Positions 49,001 to 59,200 of a stretch of DNA of 64,000 bases are shown here, one piece after another. The notes under the pieces are model-generated. The model was not told where the DNA came from. It made no database searches and worked only from the letters and a program-made list of their open reading frames with translations. How positions within the stretch are numbered: position 1 is the stretch's first letter; every line of letters starts with the position of its first letter. The DNA is taken from positions 3,493 to 67,492 of the IMG/VR virus record IMGVR_UViG_3300047666_000499; one strand, given 5' to 3'. Origin of the DNA: a virus. The position numbers were made by a program, and so were the translations under genes.

Positions 49001-52000
49001 GGTGAAGAGGTGTTCAACTTAAAACGAATTTATGATTCTGTTTCTAAGAAAATAAACACAGATTCTGTTGTTCAGGATATCAACATTGCTACCCCGGAAC
49101 AACAAGAGAGTCTGGACAAGGCTGTGCTGAATAAGGCGGCCGAAACAGTTGCGCACCTACAAGACAGTGTTGAGCTTACAAGCAAAGATGTCACTGACCT
49201 GAAGGAGCAAGCTACAATTATAGCTAACAAAATTGAGAGCAAAGAGGCTACCAAGGAAGACCTTATCGATCTTATGGAGCAGATAGCTCTATTAGAGTCT
49301 GGTGAGATAATGGATGCCGCTGAAGATAAAGACGACGTTACGCCGGATCACAACCCTGTATTTGCTGAGTCAATGGCTAGCAAGAATAAGGTTGCACCAG
49401 AAAACGAAACATGGGAACAAAGAAGAACACGTACAAATAAGGAACGTGAGATGGCAGTTCAAATTTTGGAAACTGCTGGTTACCTCATGGCTTACCCTAA
49501 CAACGATGGTAACTTCGAAGGCAAGAAGGGCTACGAGTTAGAGAAAGCAAATGTGGCTCGATTATTCCCGGGAGAACCTACTCCTACTACCAAGGAAGCT
49601 TACGACCTTGAGCAACTTAGAGCGTTAGACCTTAAGAACGGCTATAGCGTGGGTGACTACGATTACTCTTTGGTTGCTACGAAACGAGGTTCGTTTGTGG
49701 AAATGCTGGTTACTGCTAAGAACCGAAAAACGAAAGAGCGTGAGCGTGTTGTTGTGGGTGGTGTTTACTACATACAATTACTACGTGACAACGGTAGAGC
49801 GGGTGGAGACATGCTGGCACAATTGGAAAACGCTATCAGCCAAACAGCTGTGAATCGTATTGATCTTGCCATAGATGACCCGAGAATTTTGTTGAACTTG
49901 AAGTCATTGTCACCGGGTTCTCTTACAGACAACAAGGCTAAAAAGGTTGTGTTGTCAGACTGGAGAAAAGAAGTAGATTTGGGTACCGCTAAGGTGTCAA
50001 AGAAAGTGTTCATCGATACTCGTAAGAATCTTGAGGATGGAACATTGAACCCGCACAGGGGAGATGCTTTCCTTTTGTATTCACACGATGACAAGATGCA
50101 ATTCACTGAGAGAGATGTTAGAGAGATCTTGGCAACTGGTTTACCATTGCACGGAGATGCTGCCTTGTCAGGATTTAAGAGAGGGATCGGTATCCTTCAC
50201 TTGGATAACAAGCCTTCGTCTCTTACGCAGTTAGTTGACTTGTTCAACGACGAGGTTTTCAGCCGTGCTACAGAATTGTATAAAGTTGTCAACCCAAATA
50301 AGGGGCAGGATCGAATGGTTACTGCTATAGCGCAAATGCGTGAGGTTTTAGCTGGGGTGGAAGGTCTACCTATGCCGGGCAGAATGGCTAATTTCTTGGA
50401 GGGCAACAAAAAGTTAGAATACTCAAAAGAGTCTGACGGGGAAGACCCTTCTCCTTATGATGTTCTGTACGACGAGATAGCAGCTTTCAAAGAGCTCGAA
50501 TCGAAAGATCCTAAAGATCCTAGTAAGCCGGGGGCTTATCAGGCGTTTGTAGAGATCATAAAAACTATCACAGACGAGAGATCCTTGGGCCAGTTTGGTC
50601 GCACAGCGGATAACAACTTTTCGGTGAAGACAAATGAGACCACCGGTAAAGAGAGACCAGTAGCTGTTAATGATCGTGCTAATCCTATCACCCTATTAAA
50701 CAGTAAAGATCTAACAGACTCTGTAACAGAATTGCCAGAGGGGGCTGAGATTGAAGACACAATTCAGTTCAACATGGACAGCTTCATAGAGGTGATACAA
50801 AGTATTTCTAAATTCAATGGTATAAACCCAAAGTCTATCACTGCCCTTATGGACGGTATGTTGGGCAAATCCCAGCACTTCAAATCAGGTTTCTTTATGA
50901 GACCATTGATTGCATCACGCACAGGATCACAGAGAGACTTCGCTACGTTGGAGCCAATCCCGGGGTTAGAAGACAACTTCCTTACCAATGTAATTGGTAT
51001 TAAACCGCCAGTGATTCGCTTTGATATTGCGAGCATGAGTGGACTTATAGAGAACGGTAAAGCTCCAGCGGATGACACTCCTTTCAACCCGTTTGGGAAC
51101 GAAAAGAGCACCGTTGTTTTAGCAGAAGAGATCACTAAGGAAATTAAGGACACTAGTGTTTTCACAGCTCCTTTTGTTGAGGCTAAGACTGAGGCGCAGG
51201 CCCGTAAAGCTTACGCGGAATTCAAGACAGCCTTTGCTAGACTTACAACTCTTGCTAGAGACGTGCGTGGATCAGAGGGTACTAAGGTCAAAAATGCCTT
51301 GAGTAACATCAAGAAAATGACCGATTCTGCCTACAAGATTTCAAAGAAACGTATCAAGGAGTCTACTCCTGATCGTGTGGAGAACACAAAGGAATCATTA
51401 CAGCTGAGTATCGCTGACCTAGTGAACAACGAAGCAAGCGTGATAGCAGAAATGGAAGTTATCAAGAAACAAGCTGCCAAGGACAAGAACTTCATGAAAG
51501 CACCAAACGGCCAGCCTACCAAGTTGTCGGAAGAACAATGGTTGTACTCACGTACGAGCACCTTCAAAAACTGGGTTGGGGACTGGGATACTGCGGACGC
51601 CCGTGATATCTCTACTCTTTTGGATGCAGAGACTAAGGAGCCTGTTGTTTTCTTCTACGGATCATTGAAAGGTGAGGAAGATCCATTCACTACCCAAGAG
51701 GAAGTTATCTTCACAAACAACAAGGTGGTTGCAGACAGTCGTGTGAACGAGGGTGGCATATTGTACTCTATGTTTGTTAGAACTGAGGATTCTCAGTCTG
51801 TGAAGTATGGTGAAATGGCAGAACCGTTCGAGGAAACTCAGGACAGCTGGCATACTGTACACCCGGACGGATCCTTGACTATCTCTGTGCCAACCTCTGA
51901 TCAGCTTAGAGTTATGGAAGGTGATGATTATCTACGCGCAGAAACTAACCCAGACGAGAGCCCAGAGATGACCGAGCTTAAGAAGAGTTTAGCTGACTTG

Positions 52001-53266
52001 AGCAACATGTTTGTTCAAAGAAGCCCATTCGTGTTCTCGCAAGTTGACCTAGATGATTTCCACTTACAACTGCAAACGCTGACGAAATCGGATGCTGCGG
52101 CTATCGTGGAGATTCTGGAAGCGGACTCAGATGACAAATTGGCTAGTGACAAGGTTATATCTAACCTTAAGGCTGCTATAGACGAGCTAGAGAAAAGAGT
52201 AGCTGCTCCGGCAGAAGAAATAGAGAAGGCTATAAAAGAGAATATGGCCCGAGAGTACAAAGAGAGTGATCTACCTACGTCTATCCCAGCTGTTTTGGCT
52301 ACAGATAGCTTAAGCGGATTGCTAGTGAAATTCCATGTGGCAAAAGCTGGTGGTTCTGATGTAACACCGTACGAGCAAGAAATAGGAAGACGTTACCTTT
52401 CTGAGTCTAAATCTGACGTAACACAAGTGAAGGAGAGTTTAATCGCCACTCCTATTACTTCAAACGAAGATTACAAGGCCAGAGCGGAGCAACTGAGGGC
52501 TTTGAAGCTACCTACTAACGAGGCTGCAGAAGTAGCGCGTGAGCTAGTACAGTTGAGAAAAGAATCTAAGGAGTACGCTAAAATAGCATCTCTGGCTGCA
52601 GAGGCGGGACTCACTATCGAGGATGTCAATGAGTTAAAAGATTCTGACTTCAAAACTTTGCTAACAGATTCGTTAAGTGAAGAGGGTGAGACTTTAGATG
52701 GTAGTTTAACACCGGATGCCCAAAAAATTATCGATAGTACATGGAGCGACGTAGAAAATTTATTATCATTGCCATTAGATAATTCAGCGTCTATTGCCAA
52801 AGTAGCGGAGAGTTTAGAACAAACTTTAGCTGCGACGGATGCACGTATGAGTTTGATGAAACAGTTTATAACTGACAGTTTCAAGAAGCAAGTAATAGAT
52901 ACCAAATACGACGAAATGAAGACACAAGTTTTAGAAAGAGTAGCAGAGGCACAAGCAGAAAACGCTGCCCAAGCTGCTAACGTTGACACCACAATTGCAT
53001 CAAAGGAGAATCTTTTCCCTACGTTTGTGGACTCAACATTGAAAGTTGCATTAGACCCAGCGGTTGAAGAAGCTGTTAGAGGTTTGGAGGCATCAGAGAT
53101 TTCTACTTGGGTTGAACTAGTTAACGGTATGTTGCTGGATCCTTCTACAGAATCAACAAAGGGTAAATTGTACTCTGCGTTACGTAAGAAGGTATCTCGT
53201 GATGCTTACAAGACTGCGTTAGACTATATGACTAAGAAACAAAAAGATTCAATATGTAGAGGCTAG
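43052..53266 (+). CDS. Giant virion polyvalent protein (membrane segment, SF1 helicase-like NTPase, ART-PolyVal-like domain)
   Basis: 3404 aa; Gly/Ala hydrophobic region at about 43900-44780; GRQGTGKST, DEAS, GDSGQ, VQGDEFD, TTIGRG; KAPNG...FKNWVGDW. Confidence 0.75.
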   Translation: MAETTTTKERPLYGSDPDATNVDWFKARKDGTIQGSDYKDIFTQMGGQKTELKTSAEYWNDTGLRTQYEEQYGDKAKEVFDKEYTVTAADFQQFNQFDHGIKQFATNQRRQSANVVGGESWGYDPENLKTMSPSFEERYMRSDGAMDQGLGMSEADRDPRELAMESRKFQSYDGSIRDMPTWDEVHAQSNGTDYAEDYLSWGDSWGNNAMAFNNNYTDDKGNHITGFGYPPEMLQGDYRGPRYIKALYEGGYRDSLDYEIVSKFDYAGFTSMDRNAGWTSFVPRVLANGITNMYKGVGTLAAAGSAMLGWNDSKEWVEDHWLMGANSAKVSEYLSTQENGLASWDGAMGFVGDTLMQLFVGAGIGKAGAASSTVLGAGVKMSGKVGKYSSLMAMTAYGAADSYDSALRAGYTDKQAGVFYMTNMAALFAVNKRFNVLEDAFATNKMMKESSKLWTKNMAYAAPALKKAVAAGDDKAAQTIMKTYTQKMYNGLSKVATKIKKLEGYPKAMLTEAAEEIAETVSQKTLEQAFNATTAMGITDGNFKSMYDEGYWEEYGQELLLSAAGGALGGAFAKTFYHKRDDGKKREFLDMVMDDDGSMLDQLDELHKSGALGSFVDSTEWDADEKRYKTMVEAGETAMSMADANKQVLQQEYAYVKGIVDTLGSKDAVKNMTEKHPGLASAINNMQVVNDVKALTKQYTDLHGEHENMATEAIPRTPEDMEEGSEEEAKFIKKESDNSGLTPEVTKQVADIKAKIDDISSGKSAEKYFMKAAARGTLFDTESDLGRAYAEYGDDFLHELMKVSGESSVDVEEKSKKNLERIGESGKVLASLEKDLSNIDEVADKLMSGDRMYISDQVKEKIEKLYEEQKVPNDKLSELQKKIQEQVVADGKYELSTIVSSEEFKALRKTNPEKADKYAAFLSSFLKTKFDEKLNAVKTMDDIRNLDFESNISLEDILYTIQEQEFDFSLESMTGGEQDIHGHFDAKTEEELVVIGEKLGKIFAQNEDAYKFDIGSESFSNLTTSEFSEHVADLMKNFNKLSELYDLSKNAPTEEEVAFDRTKADFLLNGFAQDEHAGLMDSGNLGNQMAAILYQIEKQKLSDDDDFGTYNNSDEPENILKQAEARAKQIDMLLFALRVDNKDGGVSYNPLVEQSGAADIAALRVRQERINSKPKAKSRDIILGAVTAAETSGTHSEFFNKMGLNPVMWRDLNSRKDELSAEEVEMHKEYSDTLGNVIEAKVALEGIVTDAKKAISIAKHNQDSKNIVNNQREAISANIKHEADILDKVINHADMEDVEELEFFHTHNFNDSSDAGVVKSFNVLLDAKRLIYSALKDKDDKIEEILDALFANLNGIANGRRVANDVSRAATMLTFDEASFYARYKSILADFDLGGSPTVEQEQVGLSIMSHMMGNGSNVVNDVLGANVTNTVVINGRQGTGKSTFALGVGVASGQAEQIEKFGEDKSRVLLSANTPKQVSTLVKTAEKFGINIKRFGTANGLTSVRESDSSMQRPLDLIQKLEENKDIDDVSTIVFDEASFIQYEGSEPSDLKRIMDAISKINKGRDGINTPKMSLVLMGDSGQNGHRDADGAVSNIFVEDRVYGPRELTLSHRAKVLAITDATAQIEKDRRNLKIKTEWGTADEVSKGLLAGVRVRPTSDNVFDDNDLVSNIRQQIEERIGLPNTDPFEVGVILPAGEVMPTGSLMEVLRVQYPDNFRVTDHVDVQGDEFDYVIARMTANEIGESAEQYGAKQHLMVAAANKLSTTIGRGRYFITLINDTQRPLSSDGPTKITIVESAMNEIVAAQVLELKMEMLGLEAKPVDKEVLEKTDKELERKARVDQDEVDEVAKRVEEDKDRNIILKEEEGDAVNIENVRVAGLYELLLFNHKDKVHEFQTAEEQSEYINRMAPVDNPEQAKGINELADAKLALLDSQDYATLVAATMKYEDSDNAEFNDDVISSVQQTIDTHFEGVPVGTDITEAGEEVFNLKRIYDSVSKKINTDSVVQDINIATPEQQESLDKAVLNKAAETVAHLQDSVELTSKDVTDLKEQATIIANKIESKEATKEDLIDLMEQIALLESGEIMDAAEDKDDVTPDHNPVFAESMASKNKVAPENETWEQRRTRTNKEREMAVQILETAGYLMAYPNNDGNFEGKKGYELEKANVARLFPGEPTPTTKEAYDLEQLRALDLKNGYSVGDYDYSLVATKRGSFVEMLVTAKNRKTKERERVVVGGVYYIQLLRDNGRAGGDMLAQLENAISQTAVNRIDLAIDDPRILLNLKSLSPGSLTDNKAKKVVLSDWRKEVDLGTAKVSKKVFIDTRKNLEDGTLNPHRGDAFLLYSHDDKMQFTERDVREILATGLPLHGDAALSGFKRGIGILHLDNKPSSLTQLVDLFNDEVFSRATELYKVVNPNKGQDRMVTAIAQMREVLAGVEGLPMPGRMANFLEGNKKLEYSKESDGEDPSPYDVLYDEIAAFKELESKDPKDPSKPGAYQAFVEIIKTITDERSLGQFGRTADNNFSVKTNETTGKERPVAVNDRANPITLLNSKDLTDSVTELPEGAEIEDTIQFNMDSFIEVIQSISKFNGINPKSITALMDGMLGKSQHFKSGFFMRPLIASRTGSQRDFATLEPIPGLEDNFLTNVIGIKPPVIRFDIASMSGLIENGKAPADDTPFNPFGNEKSTVVLAEEITKEIKDTSVFTAPFVEAKTEAQARKAYAEFKTAFARLTTLARDVRGSEGTKVKNALSNIKKMTDSAYKISKKRIKESTPDRVENTKESLQLSIADLVNNEASVIAEMEVIKKQAAKDKNFMKAPNGQPTKLSEEQWLYSRTSTFKNWVGDWDTADARDISTLLDAETKEPVVFFYGSLKGEEDPFTTQEEVIFTNNKVVADSRVNEGGILYSMFVRTEDSQSVKYGEMAEPFEETQDSWHTVHPDGSLTISVPTSDQLRVMEGDDYLRAETNPDESPEMTELKKSLADLSNMFVQRSPFVFSQVDLDDFHLQLQTLTKSDAAAIVEILEADSDDKLASDKVISNLKAAIDELEKRVAAPAEEIEKAIKENMAREYKESDLPTSIPAVLATDSLSGLLVKFHVAKAGGSDVTPYEQEIGRRYLSESKSDVTQVKESLIATPITSNEDYKARAEQLRALKLPTNEAAEVARELVQLRKESKEYAKIASLAAEAGLTIEDVNELKDSDFKTLLTDSLSEEGETLDGSLTPDAQKIIDSTWSDVENLLSLPLDNSASIAKVAESLEQTLAATDARMSLMKQFITDSFKKQVIDTKYDEMKTQVLERVAEAQAENAAQAANVDTTIASKENLFPTFVDSTLKVALDPAVEEAVRGLEASEISTWVELVNGMLLDPSTESTKGKLYSALRKKVSRDAYKTALDYMTKKQKDSICRG

Positions 53267-53290
53267 CGATTAGCTTCTACTTAAATTTTT
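53256..53290 (+). terminator. Hairpin over the stop codon between the giant genes (attenuator/terminator-like)
   Basis: GTAGAGGCTA-GCGAT-TAGCTTCTAC followed by TTAAATTTTT. Confidence 0.45.
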
Positions 53291-53293
53291 ATT

Positions 53294-56200
53294 ATGGCGA
53301 TTAAATGTTCTCTAGAGCCTGCTTTGGCAAGTGCTCTTATCAATGACTACCTATACTTCAATCCTAAGCCACAAAGCTTACCGACATTTTACAAAGATAT
53401 TGCAAAGATTCTCTTCGACGCCGAGGGGGATCTTCGTAGTGTTGTAGGCGACTATAAGGTTGGTGACGAAACTTCCAACTTTGGTTCTTACTTGCGCCGC
53501 CTTTCGGGTGTGGTAAAAGGGCAGATCGCAGTGCTCGGATCAGAATTTGAGCGTGGTGAATCTGACTACGATACTGTTGATGTTAACGCTTACACGTTGG
53601 CCGATAATATAGGACGCTCAGTGATGGATAAGATCGCTAGAGAGGACGACTCGCTTATATCTGAGGATATCGCTGAATTAGCACAAGAGGAAAAGGCTCC
53701 GGTCCCAGATCCTATTGAGGCTGTTGAAGTTGTATCTTCACAAAGAGAACACGCTATTAGCTTCGGAAAATCCACTGCTGAATTTTACGACTTCGTTGCT
53801 AGTTACAAAAAGACTAGGCTGCAGAAGGACGACCTAGATTTTGAAACATTCGCGGATACTTACTTTGGTGGGGATCTTATTACATTGTTTGATGACTTCA
53901 AGGCTCACTTCTTGAACAACTTCTCTGATGCACTTATCGACACCAGAGTTGTGAACGGTCAGGCCCGAGGTTACAATGACAATATTATCTCTGTACTGGA
54001 GAACCTTAAGCTAGCTGTTGAGGACGCAGTGGATGAGGATCTATTAGAGTCTACAGAAGCATCTAGCCTATTGGATACAAATCCAGCAACACGTAGAGCT
54101 TACTTTAACAAGGTCATCGCAAACAACTTTGATAACGTTGTTAAATTATACTTGGATGGTGTGAACATTGGTGAAGGATTAGACAAAGCTACTTTAGACA
54201 TCGCTGAGGGCCGTAAGGGTTTCACTGATTTCGATGGTGGGCACAGTGGTTTGGCTACTGAGTCTGATGCTATGAAAATGTTAATCTACACTACTCCGCG
54301 TCTTACAAAGGATGAGCACGGTAACATTGTTCAGGATGACAACAAACCTACTTTGGGTGACCACGAGGTTAAAGCCGTGGCTAACGTATTGAACTCTTTC
54401 CCCAGAACTGCGGAAGGATTCAGAGACAAATTAGAGAACAGAATGAACTCAAAGGATATCAATGCTGATATCTACCGTTCTTTACACCACCGTTTCTTCT
54501 CAGACGAGAATTACACAGTTGATGGTGTAACACGTAAATCTGTTTACGCTATATTCCGGGATAACAACGACAAGAACGCCAACAACATGGTGTCTTTGTT
54601 AATGACATCTTTTCACTCACAACAACACCTTAGTTACATCATCGCTAAAAACGGTAACGTAACAAGAACGAACCCAGCTACGGATCAGTTATCTTCTTCT
54701 TTAAAGGAGGACTTCACTAGGCGCATCTCGGACGTTCATAACAAATCTGAATTAGATCCTACAATAGCAGACAAAATATCTGTGGAAGACGTAGATGGTG
54801 TGCCACACATCAAGATAGCTAATGGTAAAGGGCAATTCGTATCTTTCGGGTTTGAAGTTTTATCTACTAAGAAATCTGATGGTATCCCAGTACGTATTGA
54901 TGAAGAAGGGTTTAAAGAATACTCTAACGAGACTAAGGCTCTTAATGCTTTGCACATTTTAGGTTTCCCGCCTTCGTTAACTAGTAACTTTATCAAGCAC
55001 TACAAGCAGCACATTGGTGCTTATGCGGCTCAGAGTACTATCGGAACGGAAAGAGACTTATCTCTACCTAATATGATCGCGAACATGGCATACATGATCG
55101 CTATGAACAAGCCGGAAGCTCTCGAAAAGATGGTTGACATGAAAGTGGCCCTTCCAAAGGAACACAAGTCAACAGAAGAAAGCACATTAGCTTTTCCACC
55201 TATGGATTCTGCCCATAGATTTGTAGCTCCTATAAAGGAGTTCATCGCTATTGCAGAAGGCGCGGGTGTGAAGAAAAAGCACATGGATAACAACGGTAAC
55301 TTCGTGAGTAACATCGGAGTTAAAGCACGTATCCACGACACAGAAAATAATATCTCAGATATAAGAGACAGATTGAGCAACGGTGAGACCACTGTTCATG
55401 CACGAAACGTCTTGGTTAGCGAGAAATATGATATCCTAGGCACCAGTTACAAGGATGGTTTTGAAATTATGGGTAACGTACGTAGCAATAGCTCTATGTC
55501 GAAGGCGGAGCAATACCGTTACATCATCGAGGACTTATACGTTAAGATCGGTGCCCAAGAAGGATTTAAGGTGGCTAACTTCCAGTCGGCAGTTATGTCG
55601 GATCGTAGTCGTGTTGAGACAATGATCACACGTAAGAATCAAGGTGAATACTTAGACCCGCACAAATTAGATACTGCTCGTTCTAGTATGATCGAAGCAC
55701 AAAAGGATTTCCATAACGATTTGGCTTCGGCTATAACAACTTCATGGGTTACTCAGTTACAAGAGTGGTCTAAGAAAGGGAATAGCTTTGCTACATGGAA
55801 CGGTGCTGAAGTTGATGCTATCTCCACGATCGAAGAGCTTAACACGCACCTTGCGAAGTACCCTGTACCAATTGCTGCTGCTAAAGCTGGTAGACACTTG
55901 GCTAACAGAGTGATGTATGTTGCGGACGAAAACAAGAATGCTAAGATCAAGGATGTGTTCATGTACATGCGTGATACTTTCAATGACCCGAACAGAGCCG
56001 ATAAGTTCGTTCAGGATCAGTTGAGAAAGTTCAGAAACCAACTTAAGAAAGAGGGTTACACTCCTAAGACTATGAGTGATGACGTTACAAAGATCCTTAG
56101 AAACCGTTTTGGTCAGTCTAAGAACTACAAGATTTACGACATGATGTTGGAATCATTCTTTTTTGAGTCTAACATCATTGCCAATGCTGCAACATCTCTT

Positions 56201-59200
56201 TCTATGGGATCTCTGTACCAGTTCAAAGGGGATATGGATCACACAAAAGAGATGGATTTCGCTACGGATCTTGTTCAAAGATTTGCAGAGCGTAATGATG
56301 AGCAGTTAACTACAGACCAAGTAAGAGAACGTGCTACCGTGAAAGCTAAAGAGATAGCTTCTGGCCGTGCTTTGAACTCTATGTTTGTTGATCAAGCCAA
56401 GCGTAATGCTGGTTTAGGTTCAGGATTCCACCACCCTCGTTTGTTCTCAAGCTTTGAGACAGGCACAGGTCTAGATGAATTCACGAACACAGCTGTTATC
56501 GATGACCCGGAAATAGCGGTTGACATCTTAGGTACACTAGGACAAAATGGACAAGAGGTATACGATGCCGCTCAGTTCGCTCACCCTTTGTACTTCTTGA
56601 AACTGAATAACTCATTGGGTAACGAAATGTCTCAGTACATGACCCAAGGTGGAGCAGTGAAAGATATTTCTAACGAGCTTGATCCTGTTACAGGTGTTCT
56701 TCGTTTCCAAAAGAAAGCGACGTTCAACCAGTTCTCTACAGAGATGCTGACTAAAGGTACGCCAGAGTTGGCGCGTTTGTTCCGTAAAATGAACTCTTCT
56801 ATCACATTCAAGGGGGAGATCACTTACAAGGGAGAGACTATACCGGTTAAGAATTTACAAGAATTATGGGAGCACTTTGGTGCTACTAAAGAATCTCACC
56901 CTAACAGAATAGGTGAGGATAAATATGCTAACGCTTGGGAGAGTGTTCTAGAAGTTCTAGGGCAAAACCCGGAGAACCGTTCAGCTTACATCGAGAAAGT
57001 AGGTTTTACTTCTGGTGAAAAGACTGGGTCTCGTGCGTTAAACAAGACTGATGTTTGGTCTACGGACGGTGCGCCATTGAAATACACTAAGTTCTCTAAC
57101 GAGCAACACGGTGTAATTTTGAACGCGGATCACGATCCAGATTCTACACACACAGAACACGGTGAGAAGTCTTTGATGACTCAAGCTATTTCTGCAGCGG
57201 TATTCCAAGGTGAAAGCTTCGGTATAGCTGAGAACATAAACGATGCACTTCTGTCTTTATCAGAAGCGTCCCTAGATCGTATTAAGACTGAGATTGACGA
57301 GAAAGCAGTTGATTTGCTGAGAAAGATGGCGAATACCAACCACCCTACTTTAAAGGGCCAAGGTCTAGCTGTGCAAGCTCTTACAAACAACTCTGACCGT
57401 TCAGATGCTGAGGAGCAACAAGTTCAATCCTTGATCATAGAGACAGGCTTGGATAAGACGGCCATGAAGGAGTACGCTCTGGATTTGACTAAAGATGCTT
57501 TGGTTAGTAAAGACACGTTCAACATTGTTAGTAAAATCGCCAACCACCAAGAGTACGATGGTATGGACACTATGCAATTGCAGAATGAAGTACACAGGGC
57601 AGTTATGGCTCACTTGAACCGCGAAACTGTTCGTATCAAGTTCAAGGGCCAAGAGTTCGTAGTTTCTACTGCGCATGACTTTGCTAAATTATACGAATTA
57701 CCTAATGGTAACGTGGTATCCCGTGATGACTTCATGAAGTCCACGCAAGTTAAATTTGATGAGATCACTAACACAGATGATCTTAAGGCCACTACAGATT
57801 ACGATATCATTGAATTCAATGGTGTTGAGATGCAACTGTGGGAGGCAATCGCTATGAAAGGTGACCGCAAGTCGGTTATGGATGGTAACACAGTGGGTAT
57901 CAAAAGATTACCAGCTAAAGACAAACAGCGTAACCTTAAATGGTTGGGTTACAACGGGGTTAGTCCTACAACAGGAGAGCCTGTTAAATTGACAGACACT
58001 AGTGAATTCAAGGATCTTAAAGCTAACGGTAAAGAGTTGGCCAATCGTGAAACCACTACAGAGAGACAAAAAGAATTATTGGCCGACAGAGTTCCTTTGG
58101 AATTAGCTTTCAAAGAACTGATGAACAATACAGCGTACCAGTGGGAAACCGAGGATGCTGAGTTCTACATGCCGCAAACACACATGGCTGCCTTCAACTT
58201 GGATATAAACTCCAATATCAGCGAGATCATGGGTGACTTGCTTACTGGTGAACAGATTTCTGTTGACGGTGGAGAGGTTGTTTATGAGTCGCAATTAGCA
58301 AGCATGAGAGCTTACTTTGAGGATCAGATTTATGATGTAATAGATACTAAGAAAGAATACAGGGACATCTTCAACTTCACCAAGTCTTACGATGAATTGA
58401 CTATCGGCGGGTTAGATAAGATCTCGAGAGCTGCGGCTAGAAAATTGTCAAGCATTGATCCAAACAGCGAGTTAGCTTCCACTCTGGAAGATGAGTTAGA
58501 ACACGTTAAGCAGATCATGGCGGAAGCTTTACAAGGGGCTGAAGTAACAGAGGACAACTCGAACGGCAACTTGGATAACAATCTTTTGGATAAGTTCAAT
58601 ACTTTCCGTGAGAGCAACCGCAAAATGTTTGTTGAGGATTTGGCAAACAGACAAGCTAAGAGTTTCCCGAAAACATTGAAGATACTTGCCGCTCGTATCC
58701 CGGGTACAGGTAAGCAGTCTTATGTTGCTGGTAAAGTGAAGGGCTTTATTACTAGCCAACGTAACGGAATCTGGGGGCCAGCAGAGATGCTGACTATTAC
58801 AGGGGCGGATCATGATATTGATAAGGCTCACGTACTTGTTTACTCTGTGGATTCGGAGGGTGTTGTTTACTCTTACGACAGCTACTTAGATGCTTCTGGT
58901 AAAATCTCTAGAGAGGTATACGGGAAGAACCTAGCAAACAAAATTGAAATTCACAAGAAGCGTCTATCTGAAGCTGGTAAATCACCACGCCAAGTAGATT
59001 CTATTATCAGTGAGTTCCGTAAGAACGAGAACCTTAAATTCAAAGAGGCAATCAAGAACTATATTATCGACGGCCTACGTACAACATCTTTAGATCCTAG
59101 AAACGCAGTAGAATCTGCAACACCGGTATCTTTGGAGAAATTGAAGAAGGCTATCAAGACTATTGAAAAAGAAGAGAAGAGTGAAGAACAAGACGAGGAC

